NCBI GenBank assembly: GCA_002104945.1
Contig: MCFH01000032.1
Coordinates: 310,001 to 374,000, forward strand
Direction: 5' to 3'
Source: Piromyces finnis finn
Taxonomy: Eukaryota > Fungi > Neocallimastigomycota
Length of the DNA: 64,000 nt
Shown piece after piece: positions 31,620 to 45,000 of the stretch. The notes beneath the pieces were generated by a model. The model was not told where the DNA came from. It saw only the letters and a list, made by a program, of their open reading frames with translations, and made no database searches. A program made the translations under genes and the position numbers. Positions within the stretch are counted from its first letter, which is position 1. Every line of letters starts with the position of its first letter.

Positions 31620-34600
31620 ATCATACTAAAGTATAATAATTGTATTTGACTTCCAATGGGACACCGAGCCAAAGATCAAAATTTTGTCATGGAACAAAAT
31701 TATGATCTCCATTGGTTGCGCTGGTCCTCCTGGCCTGTCTTACTGTTTCTTCAACATTGACGCTCTTGGATGTTGCTTCAAACCTTTTGAACATTGACTA
31801 TTGCTGGCCAATAGCAAAAGGCATGATTTTGGTTAGAAGTTCCGCGGTTACCGTCAAGAATGGTGTTCCTTCGTTAGTACCAGATTGAATCTGACGCTTA
31901 CAAAGTTCTTTCCATTCCCTTGAATTATAATTAATATTGTTAAAACTTCTTCCCCCAAGAAGGAATTTAAATATTTTACTGCACACACTAGAATAATCAT
32001 ACACATTAATATTCACCGGATTATTAGAACTATTACTATCATTAACTAAATTACTATCTAAATTAGAATTATTATCTTCACTATTGCTATCATTACTAAT
32101 ATTATTATTTCTACTACTATTATTGTTATTACTAGTATTATTATTTCTATAACTACTATTGTTATTATTACTATTTCTATTATTACTATTGTTACTATTA
32201 CTATTGTTACTATTACTATTGTAATTATTATTACTACTATTGTTACTATTACTATTAATGTTATTGCTATCTCTACTGATATTAACATTTTCATTATTAT
32301 TGATAGGACTATTGGAATTACGTTGACTGAAAAAATTTAGTAGCTGGACTATGGAATCATAATGTTTAATACGGATATCTCTAAATGTTGGACAATCTAA
32401 TAACCAATGTTTAATACTTTGATCTCCACACTTGCAACATGGACAGTAGTTAGGACAAACTGGATCAACAAATTTGGCAGCTTTGGCAACTCTAGCATCC
32501 AACTTGTATCTGCTTCTTGCTTTCAATAGCCAGTAGAAACCATAGGCAAACTCTGGGTATTCATAACATAATTTAATAAAATCTTTAGTTTCACTAAATT
32601 TATTATCATCATAATATTGCGCTTTGATTGAATTCCCTTTGAGATCTTTCCAATAAAAGTTTTTAATTGCTTTAACATCTCCATGTTTCTTTAGTTTTTT
32701 ATCAAGTGTCCTACTTGATTTGCACCACGTGTATTTTCTAAATTTAGGAATGTAATTGACAAGGTGTGAGATAATACAATTTGAGTTTTTCCATTTGTTA
32801 AAACATCTAACCTGAGCTAACGCACATTTGGCTGACAATGGAGGAATATTCAAATCTTTTGAAATAGAGTATAAAGATATAAACGATACAGCTTTATGAA
32901 CTCCGGCAATCCATCGTATTCCTTTGTTAACATGCTTCTGAGCAATCCTAGACCTAGCTTTGTTGGATCCAAGTAATGGTGCAAAGTATGAAACTCTGCT
33001 AATCACTTGTGAGTTAAGTACTAGCTTTTTGAAAGGAATAGGAATATTAGGATTTCTTAAGAATTTACTGACTGAGAAAAGCCCTTTCAAAACCTTGTTA
33101 TTAAGAGCTTTAATTACTGGTTTAAGGGACAAATTCTTATCAAATGGAACACCAAGATAAGTATAGCAATCAGTAGTTGGAATGGGTTGTCCTGCTAAGT
33201 AAAATGTTGGATCTCTCTTGTTCTGATTTTCTATTGATTCAGGACGAATCACCATCGTTGAACATTTCTGTATACCAAATTCCATTTCATTATACAATGC
33301 CCATTCATTAACACTTCTAAGCATCTTTTTTAAGTATCCTCTTGTTGGAGCACAAATAACTATATCATCTGCAAAAAGTCCACCACAGCATCGAGTGTCA
33401 CCTAAACTGACTCCGAGATCTTCACACTCTTTAAATATATCATTAATAAAGAGATTAAAGAGAATAGGAGAAAGAGGGCAACCTTGACGGACTTCTTTCT
33501 TCACATCAAAAGATTTCGAGAATTGTCCATCTAATTTGACATTAGCCTTAGATGTTAAATATAAATTTTTGATAAATTGTAAACTCTTACCTCGGATTCC
33601 TAAACAATCTAATTTATGGAGAATATTACCGATTGGGACTGAATCGTATGCTTTCCTGAGATCTAAAAAGGCCAAATATGTCTCTTTATTATCTAATTGA
33701 CGTCTACTGCATATTTCTTGGATTGAAATGAAAAGACTGATACTTTCTTCCTTTTTTCGAAAACCAAATTGTTCAGGTCTAATGAAATTATTCTTTAGAC
33801 CATATTCTGAAATTCTAGTGGTGACAATTTTGGAAATCAACTTAATACCATTATTGATAAGTGATATACCTCGATAGTTATCACAATCTGTCAAATCTCC
33901 CTTCTTAGGAATGGAAACAATACTGGATTCATTCCATGAGTTGGGGAAGTCTCCATCCCAAATACGGTTGAATAATTTAAGAATAAAATTTAAACCATGA
34001 GCATCATTATCTGAAGTGGTATTACCGGAAGAATTATTATCTGTAGCATTATTAGAATCATTACTTGATGGAATTAATGCTTTGTAAAATTCAATTGGAA
34101 TACCATCCGGACCTGATGCTTTATAATTTGGAGTAGTGAGGATAGCGGACTTGACTTCATCAATACTAATATCTTGGTTGATATCCCACTCATCAAGCAT
34201 AGGAAGTGAAAAACGTTTATTCGTTGGTTCTTCATACCAATGCTCCAAATCAAGACTTACACCACTTGGATCTGATGCAAGGTTTTCGAAATGATCATGC
34301 CACACTTCAAGTTGTTCTTCTGTAGCAACAACTAATTCTCCGTTTTTATTTTTAATTGGTTGAGCAATAAAGAAAGAATCTTTTCCAATTTTTGCAGTTT
34401 TCTTGATCCATTTCCAGGCCTTCTTAGGATTATGACTCTTCATATACTCACATCCTGTTTTAATCCAATGAAGATATTCTTGCTTCCTAAATTCATTACA
34501 TCTTTTGTGGATGTAATCAATGAGCTTACGGTAGATTTTAATTCTTTTAATAAATTCATCTATATCATAAATTCTTTCTTTTTTAAATCTCTTATACAAC

Positions 34601-36170
34601 TTCATTTTGATTTTTTGAAGATTAAAAATTTGTTGTGAAATATGAAATGAAGACTTTATAACATTATTAGCTGAGGTAATACTGAGCTCGTCTGCAATTG
34701 AAAAAGCAGTTGAAGTAAACTCTTTGGAAAGTTCATCTGTAGAAACATTAGGATCGTTGAATTTTGCTGAAAGAATTTGGAATTTATTATGACTGAGAAT
34801 AGATTCCTTTTCCTCAATACATTTTAATCTATTCCATTTCATAATTTTCTTAGGAACATTAAAGTCATTAGAAAAATCTTCCATAGGAATAATTTTACCA
34901 TTAATAAGAAGTGGCTTATGGTCTGATACAGGATAAAAATTATTTATAAATGATCCTGAGTGAATAAGATCTTTCATCTTCGAATTGATAAGAGCATGGT
35001 CAATGTCGGAAGATTGATCACCTCGAGTCCAAGAGATAGTAGACCCTCTAAGCGGAAGAATTTCCCAATCTCCTAATCCATTAGTTGATAACCAGTTGGA
35101 TAATTTTACTTTAGACATATTAAAATCACCAACAAGAATCGATGGATGGGATGAATGAGTTTGTAACCACAAGCGAACTTCTAACTTTGCATGATCAACA
35201 TAGATGTTGTGATGACTATGAGGCATATAAACATTTCCAATCGAGCATTTGAATCTATTCCAAAGACTAAAAATATAAATAGAAATAATATACTTTCCAG
35301 AGAAGTTTTCAAGTGAGGCTTAACACGAATTGTGAAAACCTAAATATAAACCTCTCATTCCAGGAACTGATTCGTCAGCTTTCTTGAAAAAGTGTCTATA
35401 GTTTCGCAAAGTAACACGACAAGGATAATCTGTATTCGAACCAGAACCATTACCAGTTTCTTGGAAACATAAAAATAATGGTTTGAAAATAGCTGTGAAA
35501 TAGCTAATACTATCTCTCTTTTCATGATTCCACCCATTGGTGTTCCAACTAAGACAAAAAGAAAAGTTATCAGGCTTGTTGGATGAGGAAGAATCGTTGC
35601 TATTATTATTATTATCAAGGTCATCATTATTAATGGATGATGCATCAGAGGAATAAGTAGAACTATTACTAGATGGCTGTGAAACTGAAGAACTATTAAT
35701 TATTGAACTGTTATCAGAGTTGATAGAACTATTAGAATTAATTGTTGAATGTTGAGATTGAAATTGTGTTTGCTGTAGATCTGGAATATTTTCATGATGG
35801 AAAACTTGTTGAAGATCTTGTTGAAGATCTTGTTGAAGATCGGATTGTTGATGAGATTGTTGAACTGATTGTTGAAATGATTGTTGAATAGAATGTTGAT
35901 GTTTATTAGAAACTAAAATTTTACGTTTGAGTGTGGAAAAAGTGTATTTGTGATTCCTTCTACTACGAGCTGAAAAGGAAATTGAGGTAACAGAAAGTTT
36001 CTTCTTTAAGAGGGCACCAAGCATCCATTGCGCAATACTTGGATTTAATTCTTCCTACTCTCTCAGTACCATGAGCATGAGTAGACCCCCTTGAGAAACT
36101 ACATTTATTAAATAAATGAAGGCACGTTCCCAAGAGGGATTGGTAACTTCAAAGGTGACAAATAGAATAA
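31620..36170 (-). mobile_element. Non-LTR retrotransposon (LINE; APE endonuclease + RT + C-terminal CCHC), lightly mutated
   Basis: LSWNTNG, FLCFQET, LVGDFN, SDIDH and SDHKPL (APE); KASGPDGIP, YRGISL, QFGFR, FLDLRKAYDSV, QGCPLSPILF and LFADD (RT); CPCC...HWLLDC. ORFs 35320-36024 and 31798-35226 are in the same frame, separated by one TAA. The ends and TSD are not resolved. Confidence 0.93.
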
Positions 36171-36833
36171 AAAATCAACATTCAAGAAATTTTAATTAAC
36201 CTTGAAAGTAGAGTCAATATGTTTTTTTTAATAATAATAATAAAATAAAAAAAAAAAAAGCAAACAAAAAAAATATAGCCACAACCGATATCAATTTTTT
36301 ATTAGTATTATTGTTGAATTTTTTTTATTATTTGTTTGATTTTTTGTTAAAATAAAATGCAATGCTTTTTTTTTTTTTAGTAAAAAAAAAAAATGTTACG
36401 TATAAATTATAAATAAATAAAATAAAATAAAATAAAATAAAAAAAAAAAAAAAAAATACATAGTATACATAGTTTTATATTTTAAATATAAAAATTAGAT
36501 AATAAAACAAGCTTTTTATTTAACTAAAAGTATTTTATATATAATATTAATATATATTATATAGAATGCTTTTCTTTTTTTTTTTTAAATAATGGTTATA
36601 TATAAATAGAAAAAGAAAAAATAGTTTCAAAAGAAAAAATAATGAATATATATATATATATATATGTATTAAATTTCGATTTAATATACCCCGATTTTTA
36701 TCATAATTAATTTTTCTTTAAAAAACTTATATAATTACAAAAAAAAAAAAGTTAAATATATAAAAAAAAGTAGAACGTTTTTTTTTTTTTTTTTTCGTTT
36801 TTCGTTATTATTTTATGGATATAATTATTTTAA

Positions 36834-38256
36834 TTATTTAGATCTGATAGATTTTCCTCTATTAACATAACTTCCATTCTTTCCATTTTGGTATCCCCTA
36901 GAATCTCTGTATTCTCTATTACGATTATTGTATGAATTATTGAATCCCTTTCTCTTATGCTTTTCTTCTGCTAGAATCTTATGACCATCAATAATAACAT
37001 TCTTGGCTGCAATAGCATTCTTGGCAGATTCAATAGAAGTAAATTCAACAAAACCATTATGCTATAATATTTTAACAATAAAAAAAAAATTGAATTTAAA
37101 TTTATTTGATTTGATTAGTACCTAATTTACCAGTATTACAAAAAAAAAAAAAAGACAAATTATTCACGTGACAAAATATAATTAAATATTTACTCTGAAA
37201 ATATCAACTTTCTTAACTTCACCAAACTTTGAGAAAGCTTCCTTTATTTTTTCTTTAGAAATATTATCATTAACATCCTTGATAAAGATTTCTCTATCCA
37301 TATTGCCCTTTTGATCTTGACGACCACGGTGGTTATTCTTTTGGATATTAGAATTTGGTAATGGTTTGTTTTCAACCTTTGAAACTTCCTTGAGATGAGT
37401 AGTAGTACCGGTGGTAGTAGTATTAGAGGCGGTAACAGTAGCAAATGATTTAACTTGGTTTGTTCTCTTTGGTTCACTTTCAGTAGCAGATTCGGTTAAT
37501 TCAGTAGTTGGAACGGTTGTAGTGGTATTGGTAGTTTGAACTTGAGCTGGAGTAGTGTTATTTGATTCAGTGGTAGTGGTAGTGGTAGTATTAGTTGTAG
37601 TAGTAGCTTGAGTAATTGGAGTTTCATTCTTTTCTTCTGGAGCTTCTTTTTCAGCTTTCTTTTCTTCCATTTCTGGCTTATTTTCAACATTTTCAAAGTT
37701 AGCCTTATCATCGATAATAGTTTCGTTATCAATAACTAATGATTCATTCATTTGTTCAATAACTTCTTCAGTCATCATAGTATTAATTTGACTATCCATA
37801 TATTGTTCTTGGCTAGCATAATTTTCGTTTGGAGCTTCGAATTCTTCATATTCATTTTCGATATCTTCCTTTAAGAAACGAATAATATCATTAAGAACAA
37901 AATAACCATTTGGTTGTTTGGCTAAGAAGAAAGTTTGAGCAAATTTATGAGAGGCACCCCCCTTATTAGACATTTCACCTAAAACTTGAATAATAATACC
38001 ATCACCATTAGATACTTGACTGTCAACATTTGAAACTAAAACTTTACAATCTTCATATTCAAGTTCTTTAATTCTTTTATTAATTTCCTATTCAATTAAT
38101 GAAATAAAAAAAATTTATAGATATATATTTAATAAATATTAATAATTATTTTTTTAAAAAATAAAACAAATATTTAACATTATTTTGGTATATCAAACAG
38201 GAAATAATACTAATACTAATAATAACAAATACTACTACTACTACTACTACTACTAC

Positions 38257-38290
<34 letters not shown>

Positions 38291-38461
38291 TACAGTTTGA
38301 CCATGGTATATTTTTGAACTTTCACCTTCACCACCATTACAGTAGTAAGAATCTTTATTATAAAATTGGTGAAGTTTTTCTGGACTATTGTTCATAATAG
38401 TATAATATTCTTGAACGAATAACCAACTAACTTCAAATGGACTAAAATTCTTTTCAGACAT
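36834..38461 (-). CDS. G3BP/Nxt3/Bre5-like protein (NTF2 domain + RRM + RG-rich tail), 3 exons
   Basis: Exons 38461-38294, 38087-37194 and 37061-36834 have GT-AG introns joining in frame. NTF2 motifs: FVQEYYTIMN...LHQFY, IIIQVLGEM and FAQTFFLAKQPNGYFVLNDIIR. RRM motifs: EIFIKDV...FSKFGEVK and GFVEFTS. Confidence 0.92.
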
Positions 38462-41400
38462 CTATTTATTAAAAAAAAAAAAAAAAAATGATTAAATATA
38501 TGTATATAAAAATTTATAAAAATAATTGAAATTAATTTAGAATGCTTATGTTGAAATATATTCATTATTATTCCTTCTTTTATATTTAAAAATTTTAAAT
38601 ATTATCAATTCATTATATTCTATTATTAAATGATATCAATAAATTTCTAATATAGTCTTTCTTTTTTTATCTGCACTTTATTTTTTTGATGTATTATAAT
38701 TTTAATCATTTTATTTTTTAAATTTATTTTTTTATAAATTTTAAAATTTTTTTAAATTTAATATTTTTTTTTTACTAAAAAGTTGATTCATCCCATTTAC
38801 TCGTTTAAAATAAAATATTGATGTATTATATCTTTTTTTTTTAAAAAAAGAAAATAATAATAATAATTATATAATTTTTTAAATATTTCATACTAACCTT
38901 TATTATATATTAAATTAAATTAAAATGGATATATAGTATATTTATAAATAATAATAAAAAGTATAATAGCGTTCTGTATTAATTATTTATAAATAATTGT
39001 TGTAGGCCGTATATTATCATATTTATGGTAAATATTTTTTTTTTTTTTAATTAGTTGGCATTTTTTTTTTTTGTTTTTTTGAAATATATAAAGATCAAAT
39101 ATAAATTTAAATAAAATTTAGAGTTTTAGATGATTTATATTTTGATTTTTTTGGTTTAATTTATTTTCAATTATTGTTTTTTTTTTAAAAAAAAAAATGA
39201 TGAATTTAAAGAGATTTGTATATTTATAGATAGATGAATAGTATTTAAAATAAATGTAAAAAATTAAATAAAATTATATATAAAAATTAGATATAAAAAT
39301 TAATAAATATGATCTATTAATATTTTATAGTTTTTTTCTCTCTCTCTCTTTTTTTTTTTTTTTTTTTTTTTTTATTGATCTATTTATTTTTAAAGTATCC
39401 ATTTTAAATACAAAATCAACACTATAACTATATATAAATTTTGCCTTAAAATATTTGTTTTTTTTTTTTTTCAATTACCTTTTTAGAAATTAAAATATGA
39501 TATTTACTTGTAGATTTGATTTAATAAAATTCAAAACCTTTTTTTTTTTTTTTGAATAAAAATTATCTCTTTTGTTTAAACTTTGTTAAAAAAAAAAAAG
39601 TTAATAGATAATATACAATTTGAAAGTTGAATTGTAATCTTTTTTGTTGTTGTTGTTGTTGCTATTTTATGGTTAATGATGTTTCCTTTTTTCTTTCTTT
39701 GCTTGCTTGCTTTTTTGTTGTTGTACTATTATTATATTTTAATTTTATAATAATGCACAATAATCTTAATTTCAAAAATAAAAAAAAAAACTTTACTTTT
39801 TCTATATTACACAATAAAAATTTTAACTTTTAAATATAAAAAAAAAATTTTTTTTTCATTTATTTTTTTTATTTAATAATAAAATTAAAATTAATAAATG
39901 AATAAATAAATATTATTTAAATAAATTTTATATATTATATTAACGAATAAAATAATTATATTATAAATAAATAATTTATATAATAAATTAATTTCAACAT
40001 AAATTAATATATTGTAGAATATAATGAAATATATTATTTTTATTAATAAAATTTAATTATAAAAAAATAAATTAAAAAAAAAAAAGACATTAAAAAAAAA
40101 AAAAAAAAAAAGAAAATAAAAAAATTAAAAAAAAAAAACTTTTTATGACTATAAAAATGTATTTTTCTTTACAAATTCTTTAGATTCTATTTTTATAACC
40201 AATTTTTTTTATTTTATTTTTACGATTGTTTTTTTTTTTTTTTTTTATTTTTTTTTTAGTGACAGAAAAAAATAATAAAAAAATTAAATATAATTTATTG
40301 TAATATATGTAAATAATATATTAATTAAAATAAAGAATTTAATAATTAAATTAAATTTAATTAAAAAAAAAAAAAGTACACTTTTTAATTAAAAAAAAGA
40401 GTTTTTTTTTTTTTTTTTTTTTGGTTTTAGTTTTTAGTAAAAGAAAAAAGGTCGTTTTATTTTCTTTATAATTTTTATAAAAAAAAAAAAACTAATGGAT
40501 TTTATTTTTTAATATTTATTTTTTTTTAATATTTATTTTTAGAATAATAAAAAATAAAAATAAAAAAAAATTGATAATTTTATAATTAAAAAAGAGGACA
40601 TTTAAAATTTAAAAAAAAAAAACTTTTTAATTAATTTTTTTTTTTAAATTGTTTTTTATTTTATTTTATTTTATTTTATTTTTTTTTTAATAATAAAGCT
40701 TTTTTTTAAATATATAAAAAATATAAAATATTTTATTATTTTTTGGATATAAAAATATTAATAAAAAAAAAAAAGTAAACTTTATACAAATGCTTTTTTA
40801 TTAAATTGGAATGAAATATTATGTCCAATTTTTTTTTTTTTATTTTTTATATATAATAAAGAGTAATTTTTTTCATAAATAGGAAATAAAAATAATTTTG
40901 TTAGGTTGAATAGCGGTGTTGTTATTTTGTTTAATAAAAAAAAAAAAAAAGAATTAGTAAAATGGTAGTGGAATCAAAAGAAATAAAAAAAAAAAAGAAT
41001 TTTATACTTTTTATTAGAATATTTTATTTTTAATGGTCTTTATAAAAGTGTATTTTTTTTTTTATAAAATAAAAAAGAAATATATAAATACATCATAATT
41101 TATAATAGAGATATGTTTAATATATACTTGTGGTTTATTATTTGTTTATTTTTACTAATAATTATAAAATAAAAAATAAAACAATATTATTAATATTAAA
41201 TCATTTACAAGATGGATAGAATAATTGTTATGACAGAGATATATCTTTTGTTTTTATAATTAACTATTTTTAAGGATAGCTTTTAATGATCATGGATGGG
41301 TCATACTTATTTTAAAATTAAAATATAACCCATACCAATAATAATGATAAAAATAATAATAAATATATAAATAAATAATAATAAAAATAAAAAAAAATAT

Positions 41401-41559
41401 ATTAATAAATTCTATAAAATATTATATATATTATTTATGTATACAATAATATTAATAAATAATATAAAAATAATCATTTTCTTTTCTTTTTTTTTTTTTT
41501 TTTTTGGATATAAAAAAGAAAATAAAAAATTATAATGTCGTTTACTATTTATGAGGATG

Positions 41560-41590
<31 letters not shown>

Positions 41591-41717
41591 ACTAAATTGA
41601 TCATAATGATAAAAAAAATTTTTTTTTTTTTTCTTCGTTTTTATGTAGTGTTCATTTTCATCACTATAATTTTAAAATGGTCTAAAATGGTAGATAATGT
41701 TGATAATAATAATGATG

Positions 41718-41749
<32 letters not shown>

Positions 41750-42087
41750 AATGTTAAGGCTTAAAAATTATTGTTGGGTAATTTTTTTTATAAACAAAAA
41801 AAAAAAAAAAAAAAAAGGGATTAAATTATGGATGATGATGTTAATCTTGAAAAAAAAATACTGTAATTTTTTTTTTATTTATCGTGATAATGTTATACGA
41901 GTTGATGAAATTGCTGAATCATAATAAAACTAAATGATGTGTAGCTATTGCTGTTGTTGGCATTAGGGCGGTTATGTTATTATTATTGATGTTGGTGATG
42001 ATGATGGTAGTCATGGTGGTGTTGCTAGTATTACTTTTTTAAATTTTTTCCCCTTTTGCCTTTATTTCTTCTTACTCTTCCTTCTCC

Positions 42088-45000
42088 TTAATTCTGTTCT
42101 TCTTGTTTTAATTGATTTAAAATCTTTTCCGCTTTAGGGTGACCACGATTCAAGGCTAATTGAAGATAAGATTTACCTTGTTCCACACTATAATAGGGAG
42201 AAGAAGGATCGTAAAGGGAGAGACATCCAAGATCATAAAGAGCATCTGGATGGCCTTGATCAGCCGAAAGGGTTAACCAATGAACACCGAAATTAAGAGA
42301 AAAAGGTAGAACTTGACCTAAAAGGAAATGTCTTCCTAAAAGATATTGGGCTTTTGCATGACCACGTGCAGCAGCTTGATACATTAATTTCATCATGAGG
42401 AAGTTGTCGGTGGAATGATAACAAAGACCTAATTGATAAACAATGTCAGCATAGGAATAATAATCAGATTCTTTGGTGGTAAGAAAAGAAGCTTCTAATT
42501 TACTTTTTACTAATTGGAAAAGATCTTCTATTTCACTATAAAAACTTGAGGATATTTCGGCTTCAGCCATGGGTGAAAGTGAAGAAAGATAGGAAGTAAC
42601 TAAAGAATAGGATTGAGAATGACTTGCTTCGGTTAAAATGGTATTTGTTGAAAAAGATGATTCTGAAAAAGTGGTGGTGGTGGTAGTGGTGGTGGAAGAG
42701 GATATTGAAGTGGAAGAAGAAGTGGAAATTATGGATGAATTTGAATCTGAAAAGAGAGTAGATTTAGAACTTTCTCGTTCATGCGGACAAATTTTTGTTA
42801 AATGATTTTTGGATTGATGATGATGATGGTGTCTGTGAAGGGAGGTGGATAAATGATTATTGCTATTCTGATGATGATGATGATGATGATGATGACTAGG
42901 AATAGAAATAACCTCATTTGAAAGTTTAATATCTGAGGAAAAAGATTCCGATGAAAGAAAGAGTGAAAATATAGAATAGGTTGTAAGCATTGTTGATCCC
43001 GTAACCACTGCGGTTTCTAATTTAGCTAATTTTTCAGTCTCATTGGAAGGGGGTTGTTGTTGTGATGATGGTGATGGTGATGGTGATGATGATAGTATTG
43101 ATGTGGTTGATATAGGTTTATCTATCATGCCTTTTGTTTTTGGTAAATGGGTCATGCTAGATGGAAGGAATTGAGATGATAGTGGAAGTTGGGATGAAGG
43201 AGGGAAGGATAATAGTAAAGCATCATTACTTGTTACCATGGTCGAAGAAGATGACATTCTTTCTTTTAATCTCTTTCTTTCCTTTCTCTTCTTTTCTTTC
43301 TTTAATTCTTTATCCGTAATTTTTAAATTAATTAAATTATTTAAAATGGATTCTAGTTTATGTTTTTGTACTGAGTTTTCAAGACTTTCAATTGACGCAA
43401 GAGAAGGAGAGATTTCGCTCCATGAATTAATCTTGGAAGGAGAATGAGAATAAATAAAATTACTTTCCATAGAATCTTCATTGAATGGAGGGGATAAAAA
43501 TGAAGAATGTTGATGTGTTTGAGAATTGGAAAGTCGATGATTGAATTCACCCGAAAAAGATATTTTTTCGTTAGAGAGAGAGTGAATCAATTTTCTACTG
43601 GAATTGGTATCACCAGTCTTCACCTTCTTTTTCTTTGATCTTAACCTTTTCTTTTTACGAGACATTAATTTTTTACTACTTAACGTACTTGTATTTAAAA
43701 TTAAATCGTTAGCTTCCTTCCTACTTTGACTTTTTCTTTTAATAATACTATAATGACTTGAATGATCCCAAGATGCTTCTTCCTCGAATTCTTTTTCTTT
43801 AATCTTTTCCTTTTCCATTTCATTATTGATGATGATGGAACGCTTACTCTGTCTGGTCTTTAAGGAACAACAACTTTGATGAAGAGTTTGGGTTTTGTTT
43901 TGGCTTTGATTATGGTGTAAGGAATTATTTTCTTGAGTAGGTTTTGGGGATGGTATTGAATGGCATTCATTTTCCTTTAGTTTTGGAGATAGTATTGAAT
44001 GGCATTCATTTTCCTTTGGTTTTGGAGATGATATTGAATGGTATTCATTTTCCTTTGGTTTTGGAGATGGTATTGGGTGGAATTTGTTTTCCTTTGGTTT
44101 TGGGGATGGCATTTGAATAATTTCACTTTTCTCCTCAATATCATAATAATATGAAACATCTTCTGTGATTTCAGTTTCTGTTGCCTCAATAATTTCAGAA
44201 AGGGGTTGATTGGCATTTTGATACTTTAATAAATCGATATGACGGTGAACGGAAGGATTTGAAATTTTTTCTGAAGAGATAGGAATCTTTTTACCCACCA
44301 CTGAATTCGTTTTATCCATTTGTTTAACTCTAGAACGATAGGGTGGTGGTAAAGAAGTATTATTAAGGAAAGAAGAAAAGTTGGCTTTTTCTTTATCATT
44401 ACACTGAGTAGCACTAGCCGGAATTAAACTGTTCATTGTTTCATAATCTTGTGGACCCCGCATATTAATATTTGAAACAATGGAACCTCTTCTCTGATTC
44501 AAGCGTTGATTGGATGTATTGGTAGGATAGGCATTATAAAATCTAGTATTACCGTTATTATAGTTGTTGCTGCTGTTGTTGTTATTGTTGTTATTGTCAT
44601 TATAATATCTGGTATTACCATTGTTGTTATTGTCATTATAATATCTGGTGTTACCATTATTATAGTTGTTGTTGTTGTCGTTATAATAACCTATGGAATA
44701 GATTTCATCATGACTACGATTACGGTGTTTAAACAGGAAATTCCTTTCTTTATTGTCTTTTAAATTTAATTTAATTACACCGAGACTACTAAACTTTTTA
44801 AGTGGTGAATTATGTGTATAATCATAATCATGACTACTGCCACCATTACTTGTAGGATAACGGTCTAAGGAATATGTATCCTTGGAAAAGGGATGATCCA
44901 ATAAAAATGGTGTAGTATGGCCTCCGTATTTTCCTTCCTTTAAACTATGACTACGACTTAAAGGTGAAGATAATGTACTATAAATATTTTTAGAAACATT

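Noticed and set aside
31798-35322. TAA/TAG read as Gln (ciliate-type code, horizontal origin) in the LINE
   Set aside because: Only two or three TAR codons occur in ~1.4k codons while CAA/CAG Gln codons are abundant; point mutation is sufficient.
38500-42000. Small ORFs 39627-39833 and 41697-41924 and other short ORF-track entries
   Set aside because: Translations of microsatellites and homopolymers or shadow frames of real genes; no domain signal.
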